Below are positions 22,505 through 33,805 of a stretch of 64,000 nucleotides of DNA, piece after piece. The first letter of the stretch is position 1, and every line of letters starts with the position of its first letter. Under the pieces are notes generated by a model that was not told the origin of the DNA, did not search any database, and was given only the letters and a program-made list of their open reading frames with translations. The position numbers were made by a program, and so were the translations under genes. Origin of the DNA: Hyaloraphidium curvatum SAG 235-1 (Eukaryota > Fungi > Monoblepharomycota); assembly GCA_025558095.1 (NCBI GenBank), contig JAIVFI010000002.1:372001-436000 (forward strand), in the 5' to 3' direction.

Positions 22505-24931
22505 TCACGAGTTGCTGTACAGATCGGACCCGACCATGACAACATCTTTGGTGCGCTTCCCAGGGAGGCAGTACAAAGCAATGTGCCCTTCAACGGCGGG
22601 AACGTCGATGAGCTTCTGCTGGGGAGAAAGCATCTCGAAGGGGAGGAGGTGAAAGGTCATGGTCTTTTCCCCTGCAGGGTCCTGCCACTCAGCCTTGTGG
22701 TGATCTTTGAACTGGGGACACTTCGTGACGATGCTCCAGACGGTCTCGTCCCCAAGTAGTCTCTCCTTGGGCCACAACGGAGCTGATGCGGCAATCTCGC
22801 CGTCATCGTTGCGCTTGCTCAGCGAAACGGAGTAGGTCGGCTTGAAGTTGCCCATGGGGCCGTCGGGCGTAAAGGCCATAGGCTCAGTCACGCCTGCAAT
22901 ATGGAGATGCATCCAGATGGGTGTGAAAGACGCTGTACGCACGGTCGCACCTGGCGAGGGGCCCGCGTTGGGGGCAGCGAGGGGGCTCATGAACGGGTTC
23001 CCGTCATTCTGTTCTCGGGGGGCACCACCAGTGCCCCAGTCCGGCTTGGACATGACAGGAACGGTCCTGGCAAGACCTTGCTTCCGAAGCGATGCCCGAA
23101 TGGCGTCGAGAGCCGTCGTTCCGCCCGGGGGGTTTTCGAAGTCGACGTAGTCGGGGTCGGTCGGGGTCAAGCCTTTCTTTTCCGTCTCTATCTGAATTCG
23201 GTGTAAGCGTACAAGACAACGCGGTAAAGTAACGATACATACGGCCATCCGTACCCAATGATGGGAGTCCTGAAGGTCGAACTGGCCGTGGCACATGCCG
23301 TGCATCAGGAAACAGCGTGGGCCGTGAACCCGGGTCATCAGGTCCCCGACGTGCGTGTGGCCCCTCGTCTTGCACACGGGAATGTAGAGCTTGTTGAGCT
23401 TAGACAAACGATCGGGCAGGCTGGATGTTGTGCCAGCTGTTCCAACTTCTCTCCCACCAGTGACCTGCTCGGGCCACGGAAGTCTCGTCGACATAGACAT
23501 AACCAGCAAAGACGCCGAATCCTACCACACCGGTCGACGTCCCCAAGGGGTTGGCAGTCTGTGTGGCAGCCTGGACGGCGGCGGGGTCGAACAGGGGCGG
23601 GGCACCGAGAGCGCCGGCCTGGGACAAGCCAAACGTGATGCCCTTGACCTCCACAATGTCGATTCCCGGAATGAGCTGACGCCGGCGCAGCAAGTTACGA
23701 AGCGCCTCGTCATCGGTAACGTGGCAGACATGCACGTCTTTGGGCTTTGTCGAGTTATGGTTGCCCGAGATGTAGGTGAGCAGAGGTGCCCCATCCGAGC
23801 GGTGCGGAACGAATACGCCGATGTGCCAATTGGGGCTATGGATCTGCTTGGCAGCTTGACCCAAGAACGCCGCGATGGTGATGCTGTCGATCGGCCCCAG
23901 ATCGAGCTGGACGGTGGACATCGTAGAGCCCATCATCTTGGTGCCAGTTACAGCCGCAAACTTGACTGGAACATCGCATGTGAGCGTAATGCAAGAAAAA
24001 GCGCGATTGCTGCGATTCCACACCCTCATAGACGGTAGCGAGCTCAGCCTTCTCCTTGGCCGTCAATGGCTTGGTCGGTTTCTCGTCTGCCTTCTTTCCT
24101 CCCTTCTTCCGCTTGGGCCCCCATTCGAAGTAGGCGGCCTCCACGACCACGGACGACTCGCTCGAAGGGGTGGGCGGCGGTTTGGGCAGAGCATGGGTGA
24201 TTCTGGACGGTGTGTCGTCGAGAGGTGCCGATGCCGGCTCGGATTCCTCGACAACCACGGCGGGCTTGGGTACAGTGCTCTGCGTCTGATGCTTCTTGCT
24301 CATGCGTGCTTTCTTCGGAGCCTGTTGGGAGCCATCTTCTGCGTGGTGGCTTGGGGATGGTAACGGTCGTGACGAATCACCATCCAGTGCCCACCTTTCC
24401 CTTGCTGGCAGCCCGAGCAAATCCAGCTCATGCTTTTGCCGGGCCTCTTGTTGATGCCGTTGCACCTTGTGTGCTGGTAAACCTTGCACTCGTCGCAATC
24501 GATCATGGGCTTGCCGTCGTCGAAGTCGTGCCCCTCGGCACCGCAGACGCACTTGAAATCCCAGCTCTCCGCGTCCGCGCTGTCGACGTCCTCATTGCTC
24601 GTAGTAGTGCCTTGTTTTCCTGAAGGGGAGGAGTGCTGTCAGTCCGGCTGCCAAACGGGAACCGACCTGCAGCTCGGACTGCCTCGTAGCACGTCTTGCA
24701 CACGGAGTGGTCGCCGGCCTGGAGCTTCTTCTGTCCCTTGATTCTCGTGCCGCAGACCTCGGCATTGTCACGGCTCAAGGTGATCCAGCGCAAGTAGTCG
24801 GAAGGGCGGCCGGCCTTCTGGAGCGTGGACTCGTGGGCGTCGCGCTGCCTGCAGTTCCTGTTGCAGACGACGCAATTGTCACATAGAGCGCATGAAATCT
24901 GAAACTTCTCCGGGTCCTGCGGAGGCGCCAT
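22505..24931 (-). CDS. PHD-finger protein (multi-exon cargo gene)
   Basis: WDFKCVCG...MIDCDECKVYQHTRC...WICSGC is a C4HC3 PHD finger; extra N-terminal Cys cluster; long unknown C-terminal exons. Confidence 0.7.
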
Positions 24932-25019
24932 TGCCTTCTTCCGTGGGCTGGGGGGGGGGGCAGATTCGAGGACGTTTGGTGCCTGAGTTTTGCGCGCGCG
25001 CGGGTGGGCAAGCTTTGGA

Positions 25020-25232
25020 GAAAGGGCAATAAGGCTGAACAAGCCGTCAAGCGGCTAGCCCTGACAAACATTTCGCCTATGCACGATGCAGGAACAGCGA
25101 AATCAGTCTGCCGGGGTAAAGGTTTGTGGAGGCCACGATCAACGCAGAAGGGCGAAAGTGCCCGATCAGCGAAGTACGGGCAAAGAGGCGAGAGAATAAA
25201 TAAGAGGGAGAGGAGAGGAGGGATGGAGGCGT
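25020..25232 (-). ncRNA. candidate omegaRNA region of Fanzor A
   Basis: Directly 3' of the Fanzor stop; hairpins atttcgc/gcgaaat, tgca/tgca, agccg/cggct; function inferred from Fanzor locus architecture. Confidence 0.3.
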
Positions 25233-28200
25233 TCACGACTTGGAAGGAGCCGCACGACGCCGGCGGGCCGCGGTGTCCCCGCTGCCTTCCGAGCCTCGAG
25301 CGCGACCCCCAGAGCGTCCGCCGGGCATGTAGTCCCCATCTCCGTCATCATCAGGAGCACCCCGAGCCTGCCCACGAGCACGACGAGGAGCGGCGGCATC
25401 CTGGGCGGGTTCGACGGCCGTCGGGCTCGCGATCTCCTGGGATTCGGCAGCCCGCAGTCCGCGGGAAGACGGGTGCGCACGGGCTCCCGACCCCGGCTTG
25501 AAGCCGAGCGGCCGCGCGCCGTCGAACAGGAGCTGGTGCCAGAACAGGTAGAGCATGTTCCGCGCGCTGTTGATGTCCCGGTTCCAGCGCACGTGGCAGG
25601 TCCGGCACTCCTTGACGCGCCACGTCTTGCCCACGAGCTGGCCCGATTTGCACCGGTTGCACTTCTGGCTGCTGCCGTGCTCGTGGATCGAGACGCCGAC
25701 GACGACCTTCATGAACTCGCGACGGTAGGTGATGAGGGGCGCGGAGGCGTGGCCTTGGCTGTTGTGGGGGAAGACAGCAGCGCCCACAGCGGCCAGAAGC
25801 GTGCCGATCCGGCAGGTCAGGGGATCCTTGGCACCTTGCCGCACCATCCAGAAGAGCACCTGGCGGGAGCGGAAGTAGCGCGCGAGTCGGCGCCGCCTGG
25901 GCATCAACGAAGAGTGAGCGAGGTCAAGGTGGTCTGCAAGCCGCGAGACTTGCCTCAGTTCCTCCTGACCGTAGAAGGTCGTGACCTCCCGAAGATCCGC
26001 GAGAACGTAGTCGGCGTACTCGGCGTAGCCCTTGTACGTCAGAGACCGCGAAGTCGGGATCCTGGACTGCCACTCGGCGATCGAGATCCCCGTCCGCGCG
26101 AGCGTCGTCTCCTTGAGCATCCGCTGCAGCTTTGCCTCGTCGCGGACGAAGCCAGACTTGTGGCGGTACAGCGAGGTCGAAGCACGGCGCTCGATCTCCC
26201 AGCTTCCGCGGGTGCCGAAGCCCGTAATCCCCCAGATGCGGTCCCGCGCGGCGTCGGTGCCCACGCCGAAGAACTCCTTGAGGTGGCGACGGTGCTTCTT
26301 CTCCTCCGATTTGGAGCGTTTGCGGTACGTGGGAGGAGGGGAGCGCGCGGCGGGGTGGCTGCGGCGAACGGGATCATCGAACTGCGAGTACGGGCGGAGC
26401 TGGTGGAGCGGGTTGTTGCACACCGGCGGGCGACCCTCCCGGGCGGCCTTGGCGGTCTCGTCGCAGTAGTGCTGCCGGCGCAGCTCCTTGATCCGGCCAG
26501 TGGAGAGGAGGGTCTTGGGCTGCTCCCTGATGATGATGTACCGCGTGATTTTGCCGTCGGGGTGCCGCACGACGATCGCGCTGTCGAGATCGGACAGGCG
26601 CCGGTTGGCGTTGGCGTACCCGTTGCGCGGGTCGAGCAGCTTCAGCCCAAGCTTCTTGCCGATGGTGAGGTCACCGGCGAGGAACTCTTTCCTGTTCGGG
26701 TCGAAACCGGCCGGCGTGCAGTTGAGCCTCCCCGCGTTGTAGCCGATCCGCTCCTTGATCTCCTCGCGCCCCTGCGGAGTGTCCAGCGCGTAGCGCGTGG
26801 CCGCATCGCCGAGCCGATGCTTCTTTGGCTTCGCGGGCTGTCCTGCGCTTGGGACGCGGGCACCCCTCGAAGGCGGCTGCGCCGGCTGCCCTGCACCCGG
26901 TATACGAGCACCCCTCGAAGGCTGCCCGGCGCCTGCGCTGCCCGCCTGCTTGCCGCCGCCCGCCTGCTTGCCGCCGTTGTCCGACTGCCCGCTTCCAGAG
27001 CCGCTCCGATTCGTCTCGCCCCGCTTGCGCACGATAACGATCTCGTACGTAGTCGTGAGGAGGTGCAGGCTGGCGCCGTCGTAGCTGAAGTGCCGAGGGA
27101 TCGACTTGGTCGTGGCCGTCTCGTGGAAGGTGAGCGCCGAGACGCCCTTGCGCGAGTCCTTGCTCCCCGTCTTGCGCCGCTTGCCGGTCCGGAAGATCTC
27201 GTTGAGCCAATACCCCGGGTCCTGCTTCATGACCGCGACCTCGGGCAAGGCGTGCGCACCCGCCCTGGAATCTGTCAGGATCGAGCTATGCACAGAGAAA
27301 CAATGAACTCACTTGACCAAAGCCTCGTGAATGGCGGTCATGGAGAAGGGCATCATCCGAGGACGGAAGCGGATCTCCGTCAGCAAGGTACCGGGAGACT
27401 TGGATGCGATCCAGGCGGGTGCCGCCGGTCCAGCCTTGGCCGCGTCCTTGCGCGAAGCTTTTGAAGCGGCCGTCGCCTCGACAGCAGCGGCGTGAACGCT
27501 GGCGATGCCTTCCCGGAGTTCGCGCTCGCGCTCAAAGAAAGGATCGTCCTCGGCCGCATCTTCGTCTTCCGCGACGCGGTCTTTGGAAAGGTGCTTCTCG
27601 AGCTGCACCGGCTCGCCGCTGCGTGTACCGTGCAGAGCCGCCGTGCGCATCCGGACGGAGCGCTCTCTCTCGAAAAAGTCATCGTCCGCGCCGTCGTCAG
27701 CTTCCTCCACGACCAGGGGCTCCGAGAACGGCGAAGCGGAAAACTTGGTGTACCCGTGATCGGGCCCCCGGTGCGGCACAGGTACCGCGGCCCGCTTCTC
27801 CGCCCGCCTCTGCTCGCCCGGCCGCGGCACGGCTTTGCCGTGCTCCCAGTACACCCTCTTCAGCTTGAAAAGGCGGTCGATCCGCTGCGCCTCCGTCTCG
27901 GGCTTGCGGCGCCGCTGCGAGGCGAGCTGGTGGGCATCCGTACCCGCCTGCGGAGCATCGACCGGCGCGCCGACGTCCATAGCGTCTCCGGCAGCCAGCG
28001 TTCCACCGACATTGGACGGACCGCCAGCACCGGATGACAGTCCTTCCCGCGCGCGGAAGAGCTCGGGGTGGTTCTCCCGATTCCTTGCCTCGATCCGGCC
28101 GCGTTGCACCTTGAGCTTCAGCTTCACCGCGTAGAAGGGATGAACGCTGGCTGACCAGTCCTTTTCCTCCAGCCCCGCAATGCCGAGCACCTTGGGGTCC

Positions 28201-31200
28201 GTCTCGCCGGCCTCGCGCCTGCGGATGAGCTCCCGCACCTCCCCTTCGGTCGACCGGCGCAGATGAGGCGGCACGTAGAGCTGGCCCTCGCGCGCGTTGT
28301 GTGCGCGCATGGCGTCGTTCGTGGGGAAGAAATAGGGCAGGTAGACGAAGGGGAGGTGGTGCTGGAAGCAATAGTCCATCGAAGCACGGATCTTGTAGTT
28401 GGCTTTGGTGATGGCCAGCGCCACGGCCTTCAGCTCCGGGTCGCCAAAGGTCCCCTTGAAGCGCCCCTCCGTATACTCCTGGAAGTGCTCATAGCTCTCC
28501 TTCTGGTCGTCAGTCCACACCCTTTCCTGCGTGATCCGCGGCGGGAACGAATGTTTGATCGGCGGCAGCCCCTTGGCCTCGCGCTCCAGATGGCCCCAGA
28601 CCACGTACGTCGGCGGGGGCTTGGGGATGCCTTTGCCAGAGGTCTTGCCGTTCGCACCGGAAAGCTGCGACCCCTGGACGTGCTCGGGATAGCAGCCGCG
28701 AAGCTCCTGGACGCAGTAAGCACCGAGCAGCGAAGCGTCGATGCTCATCTCGTAGGCGCGGTCTTTGCGAGGCTGCAGGAGGATCGACTCGCGCACCGCG
28801 GGGTCGACCTGCGCAAAGACCGCGCGGCGGAGGCAGTGTACGGCGGGATTCTGCGATTCGGCGTCCCTGACCCAGAAACGGGCCTCTGAGTGAACACGAC
28901 GAAAGCTCTTGTCGTCCGAGAGATAGTGCCCAAGGCCACCAGGGCGCTTCCAGAGCGGGAGAAGGAGGTCGTAATGCCGGTACCCGCACAGCAAGAGGCA
29001 CAGCACGGGATCACCCTCGCGCTTCTCGGCAGCGCCTTCGACCGCGATCTCCCGAGCGACCTCGAAGTGCAGACCGTGCTCGCCGTTTACCACGCAGATC
29101 CTGACGCGCAGCTCCTTGACCAGGGACTGCAGCGCGAAGTGATCGCCCCAGTAGAGGGCCTGGTCCGTCCCTTCGACCGCGGGTGCGTCCAGCCGCATAC
29201 GCTCCGCCAGCTGCGCGACGATGCGCTCCGGAACCAACTCCGGCGCCTCGAACTGCTCCAACCCGAGGCCCGCGGCCCAGCGAACCTCGTGCATGGGGTC
29301 GATCGTCTCGTCCAGCCTCGCGAAGAGCTCTTGCCGACGTTGCGGGCTCGTTGCCTCGTCCTCGAGCTCCCGACGCTCTTCTGCGGTGAGCTCAGGCGGC
29401 CCAAGATGCCCTTGCCGAAGTCCGTCGAGCAGGCACTGCACGAAAAAGTGCGCGGGAGTTCCAGGCTGCCGCGCTTCGCCCATCACCTCGTCCGCCACCA
29501 CGGAGCGCAGCTCGCGAACGGGACGACGGGCCCCCGAAATGCGGCAACCTTCCGACACCGATTCGAACAGGCAGTCCCCCTTGTCCGGCATGGTCTTGAT
29601 TTTCGCGAGCACCGCACCAACCACAAGGTTGCTCGCCCCGCGCGAATCGATAAGCTCCTGAATCTTGTCGATCTGCCGCACGAGCTCTCGGGCGCGAACC
29701 TTCAAAGTCTCGGCGGTGTGCATGTCGTAGGCGCTCAGCTGGCCCCGCATCACGACCAGGGAATGCACCTTCCCGCGCACAATGTCCTGGTCGATGGGCG
29801 ACAGAGGGTGCCGGCACGCGAGCTTGAGCAGCGCCGGAAGCTCTTCCTTCTCAAAGGCCTGGATTTGGAGGGCACAGTCGGAAAGGCTGGCCGCCGCGTG
29901 AACGTCGATGTTGAAGTGCCGAAGCGCCGAGAGCTCCTTGGCAGTCAGCTCGGGCCGGCAAAGGTCTGCGATCGGCTCGCCGCCGTGGGCAAAGTCCACG
30001 ATCTTGTCCGCCACCTTGGACGCCTTCTTCGAGGGCAGCGCAACGTCCTCGAGCTTGTAGGCGCGCTTGACGAACGCCTTCTCGTGCGAAACGAAGTTGA
30101 CGGCGATCTTGGTCTTGAAGTTCGCCTTGGCCATGGAAACCATGTCCATCACGGCGGTCTCGACGATGCCTTTGTAGGTGAGCTTGAGCCGCGGTAGGTG
30201 CGGGACGAGGATGCGCTTGGCGGCAGCCAACATGACCACGACGAGAAGCTTGTTCTTCCTCTTCCTCTCCGCGACCTCCTCTGCGGTCTCCTTCCGCTTC
30301 CCCGCATCCTTGGTGGCTGCCTCACCCTGCTGCGCGGGCGCGGGCGCTGCGGCGGAGCCCTCAGCGCCCTCGGGGTCGATCGTGATCTCGGCGGCCGCGG
30401 CGTCGACCTCCATTCCCTCGCGCGACTCCTCGTCCAGCGAATCGAGCATTGTCACGTCCTTGTCGCCGCCCGAGTCCTGCGGCAGCTGCATGGACATCAG
30501 CGCGTCCTCGAACGGCTCGTCCACGTCGATGGCGTCGGCGCTTTCGTCCGGCCCGCTCCCCCCGGCTGCATCATCGCAGCCTTCCTCCCCATCCCCAGCA
30601 TCCCCAGCATCCGCCCGCGCCGACTCGCGCAAATGCCCGGCCTGCTCGTACAGCTCCTCGTCGAGGCGGTCGACGTCGACCTCGGCCTCCCGGGCAAGCA
30701 GTTCCGCGGCGCACTTTCCGATCTCCTCGATCTGACGCCGGAGCTCGTCGAGGTCGGGGGGCTTCGGCACCTTGACGGATGGCGCGTTCCTCGCGTGGGC
30801 ATTGCCAAGGTTGGGCGAGACCCTGGAGCCCGTGGCCAACGACTTGACCACCGAGTAGGCGATGGCCCACAGGTTCTCAAAGTCTGCGTCGCGCAGGTCC
30901 TTGTGGAACGGCCCTATGTCGTAGTGCTTCTCGCCGTCCGGATCCATGATGAGGTGCATGGTGCAGTTGACGAGCAGAAGGACGACGATGACGATTGGGG
31001 TCCCCTCCAGCGCAGTCTTCTCGAGCACCTCGATGGTCTGCTTGGCAAGGTCGCCGTAGCTCTCGAACTGCCTCCCGTCCAGCACCACGGTCCTCTGCAT
31101 GGCCTCGCGCAACACAGCAGCCACGTCCTCTCGCCCGCGCAGGGTCTCGGTCGATCGCGCGTACCAGTTCAGCGCGCTGGTGGGACAAGAGCAGGGCCTG

Positions 31201-33805
31201 TCGACGAGGCTGGCGGCGCATATCGGGCAGGTTTCGAGGCGAAAAGGGGCAGCAGCGCCGGTCGCGGTTCCGCCGTCCGGCAGTCGGCGCCGGATAGCCT
31301 CCCGCATGATCTCGTAGGCCTTGTCCAGCGCGTCCTTGGGCATGAGGTCGCTGTGAACGAAAGGCATCAGGACGAGGTCCGCGCGAGACGAGGAAAAAAC
31401 CTTACTCGATCCGCATGTGCGCATGCTCCGCGGTTACGTGGGTGACGTAGTTGAGCGGCGAGTCGAGCACCTGCTCGCACCCCGGGCAGCCAAAGTGGCG
31501 GCGCTTGTAGTGTCCCGCCAACCACTTCTCCGCCTCCTCCTTCGACTTGAACCCCCTCGCAACCTCGTGCGTCGGGCTGTCGCCGCAGCAGAAGCAGCGC
31601 ATGTTGGCCCAGGGCTCCAGCATGGCGACTGTCCCGCGCGTGACCCCGACCCAGCGCTCCAGGTAGCGATCGAGCGCGGTCCGCTGCTGGCTTCCCGCTT
31701 GTCCCAGGTCGTCGTACCCGAGCAGAGCAAGCATCACGGTGAGCTCTTGCGCGCCCTGGTACACCGCCTTGGACGCCAGCTCGTGCAGCTGCACGGGGAT
31801 GGGCCTGTCGCCGGTGATCGCGATCCCGGCCGCAGCGAAGGCCTCCTCGATGGTTTGCGCCTGCGGAGCGCGTTGCATCAAGGCGATGCACCGGGATCCC
31901 AGCTACGAGCCAGACCCACCGGCACGAATGCGCTACGTGCCCGGAAGTCGAGGCCCGCTGCGCGCGCCACCGAGCCGCCGACATCGACAAACTCCTTCCA
32001 AAACGGCACTATCTCCGCGTGTACAGCGGGTCTCCACTCGACCTTTCCGGACCCCTGCGCCTCAACCGGCACGCGAACGTTGACGTAGAGGGTCAGGAGC
32101 GAGAGGTCGTTCTCGGAGAGCCGCCGCACTAGCTCCCCGGTTACTCGCAGTCGTATGTCGATTCCGATCTTGGCGAGACCATTGCGGATGCTCAGCGCCA
32201 GATTCTTGTCCTTGGCCACGGGGTGCTTCATGCCTCCCAGGATCGTCTCGACGAGCAAGATACCCCGGTTCGGTGCTGCGCCCTCGGGCTCCTCGTCCTC
32301 GCGCTTCAGGGCCAACTTGAACCGCGCCAGCGTGTTGTGCATATTCTCCATCATGCTGTCCCTTTCCGCGATGCTTGCGGTCACCTTCCGAGAAAGGAGC
32401 AGCTCCTCCACCTGCTTGAAGAACGCGCGGGACACATCCGACGAAGCGTTGACGAGCTCAGGGACGAGGTGAAGATCAAAGTAGTAGTCCTTGATGTTCA
32501 GGAGCGGTAAGGCCGGCAAATGCTTGTCGGCGGCCGCGAAGAGCACCTTCAGAACCCCTTGCTCGTTCCTGCCACCGCTTATGATGCGCGCCAGCGCTTT
32601 CGCGCTCGAATGATCCCTGCTGTCCGCGATGAGGTCGTCGACGGTATAGGGAAGGTGGTCGTCCTTCTCGCCGAACACTGCAGAACGGGGCACGTCGGGA
32701 GCAGGATCCGTGCACGCGCCAGTCGCGACGGCAGCCCGTGCCCCGGCGGCTCGAAGCAAATGCTCTGCGACCTTCGGGTGAATGGCTTCCAGGAAGTCCG
32801 CGAGTCTCCCATTGTGGGCAAGCTGGCCGACGATGCAGAGGTGGAAGTTGACGAACTCGTCGGGCAGCTCTCCGTTCCACTTCTTGCGCTGGGCGTCCGA
32901 GTACTTCTTGCGCTGGGCGTCCGAGTACCTTCCAATGACGTCGCCGACGGGCGAAAACGGCTGCGCGAGAGTCAGCGCGTGTCCCAGGAAGTCCGATTTG
33001 AAAGCAGGCGGAGCCGTCTGCCCCAAGGCGATAACGTGCTTGTTCAACGTCGAGTTGAACTTCTTCCCGAGTCGGCACCCCGAGGACACTTCGACAAACT
33101 CCTTCAGGGTCCAGGGGCGCGCGAAAGCGCTTTCTTCGATCCCCAAGAGCGACGCAGCCTGTGATGAGGACGCGAGAGGGATGAAAGAGTCAGAATTCGG
33201 CAGGGTGATAGGAAACGAGGGAGGCGTCTGAACTCACGGAGCGTTCAATCTCCTCATGTGAAAACGAGCTCAATGAAGGCAGATCCTTTTCCGCAGTAAC
33301 GTTTGACGGCGCAGCCTGCGCTCGACGGGCGGGGACCGGTGCTGCAGCGCCCGGCGCGTTCAGAGAAAAGGCATCCCCGGGATGCGTGGCGCCCCTGCCC
33401 ACCGTGGCCGCCGTTGTCGCGTTGCACATTGCTCGGACAGGGTCCTGCGTGATGCTGAGTGCCGTCTTCGCACATTCTGACGCGTTTGGGCGCGCCCGTT
33501 CGACGGCCTCGTTTTCTCTGTGAGGAGCGATCGTGCCACGAATCCGTGCGGCCTCTTCTTCGCTCAACCTCACACAGTGCCGAAAAGTCGGCGCCAAATC
33601 CATCGCCGCAATTTCGCCAATCGCCCTTTCTATCGATCTGACCAGCTCCTGGACCGTGGACGGACAGTCCTTGCGGACCCTGCTCTTGATCATCCAGAAC
33701 ACGTGCTCAGCCGGGTCAAACTCGGGCGATCGCGGCCTCAAATAGACAATATCCAGGCCGTTCCTGCGAGCTATCTCCTGGACTGCTTGGTAGGCTTTGC
33801 CAGTT
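25233..33805 (-). CDS. giant Fanzor A (ZnF + OTU insertion + RuvC), spliced in frame to the transposase C-terminus
   Basis: RuvC-I GFDPNRK, RuvC-II IHEHGSSQKCNRC, ZnF/RuvC-III CRTCHVRWNRDINSARN; introns 33159-33237, 31861-31919, 31351-31405, 27265-27312 and 25897-25953 join all ORFs in frame (~2,750 codons). Confidence 0.85.
28960..29600 (-). other. OTU cysteine protease/deubiquitinase domain inside Fanzor A
   Basis: MPDKGDCLFESVS (Cys box), YWGDHFALQSL (WG motif), LLLCGYRHYDLL (His box). Confidence 0.8.

Noticed and set aside
26826-26980. Short direct repeats as a CRISPR-like or guide array
   Set aside because: In-frame coding repeats (GGKQA, QPSRGAR) in a disordered loop, with no spacers
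25233-27293. Prokaryotic Cas12/TnpB or bacterial contamination
   Set aside because: Spliceosomal introns, eukaryotic flanking genes and no CRISPR array or cas genes
25473-27464. 663-aa + strand ORF and other long antisense ORFs (e.g. 28890-30197, 49264-50619, 58403-60193)
   Set aside because: Shadow ORFs opposite real GC3-rich genes; no motifs of their own
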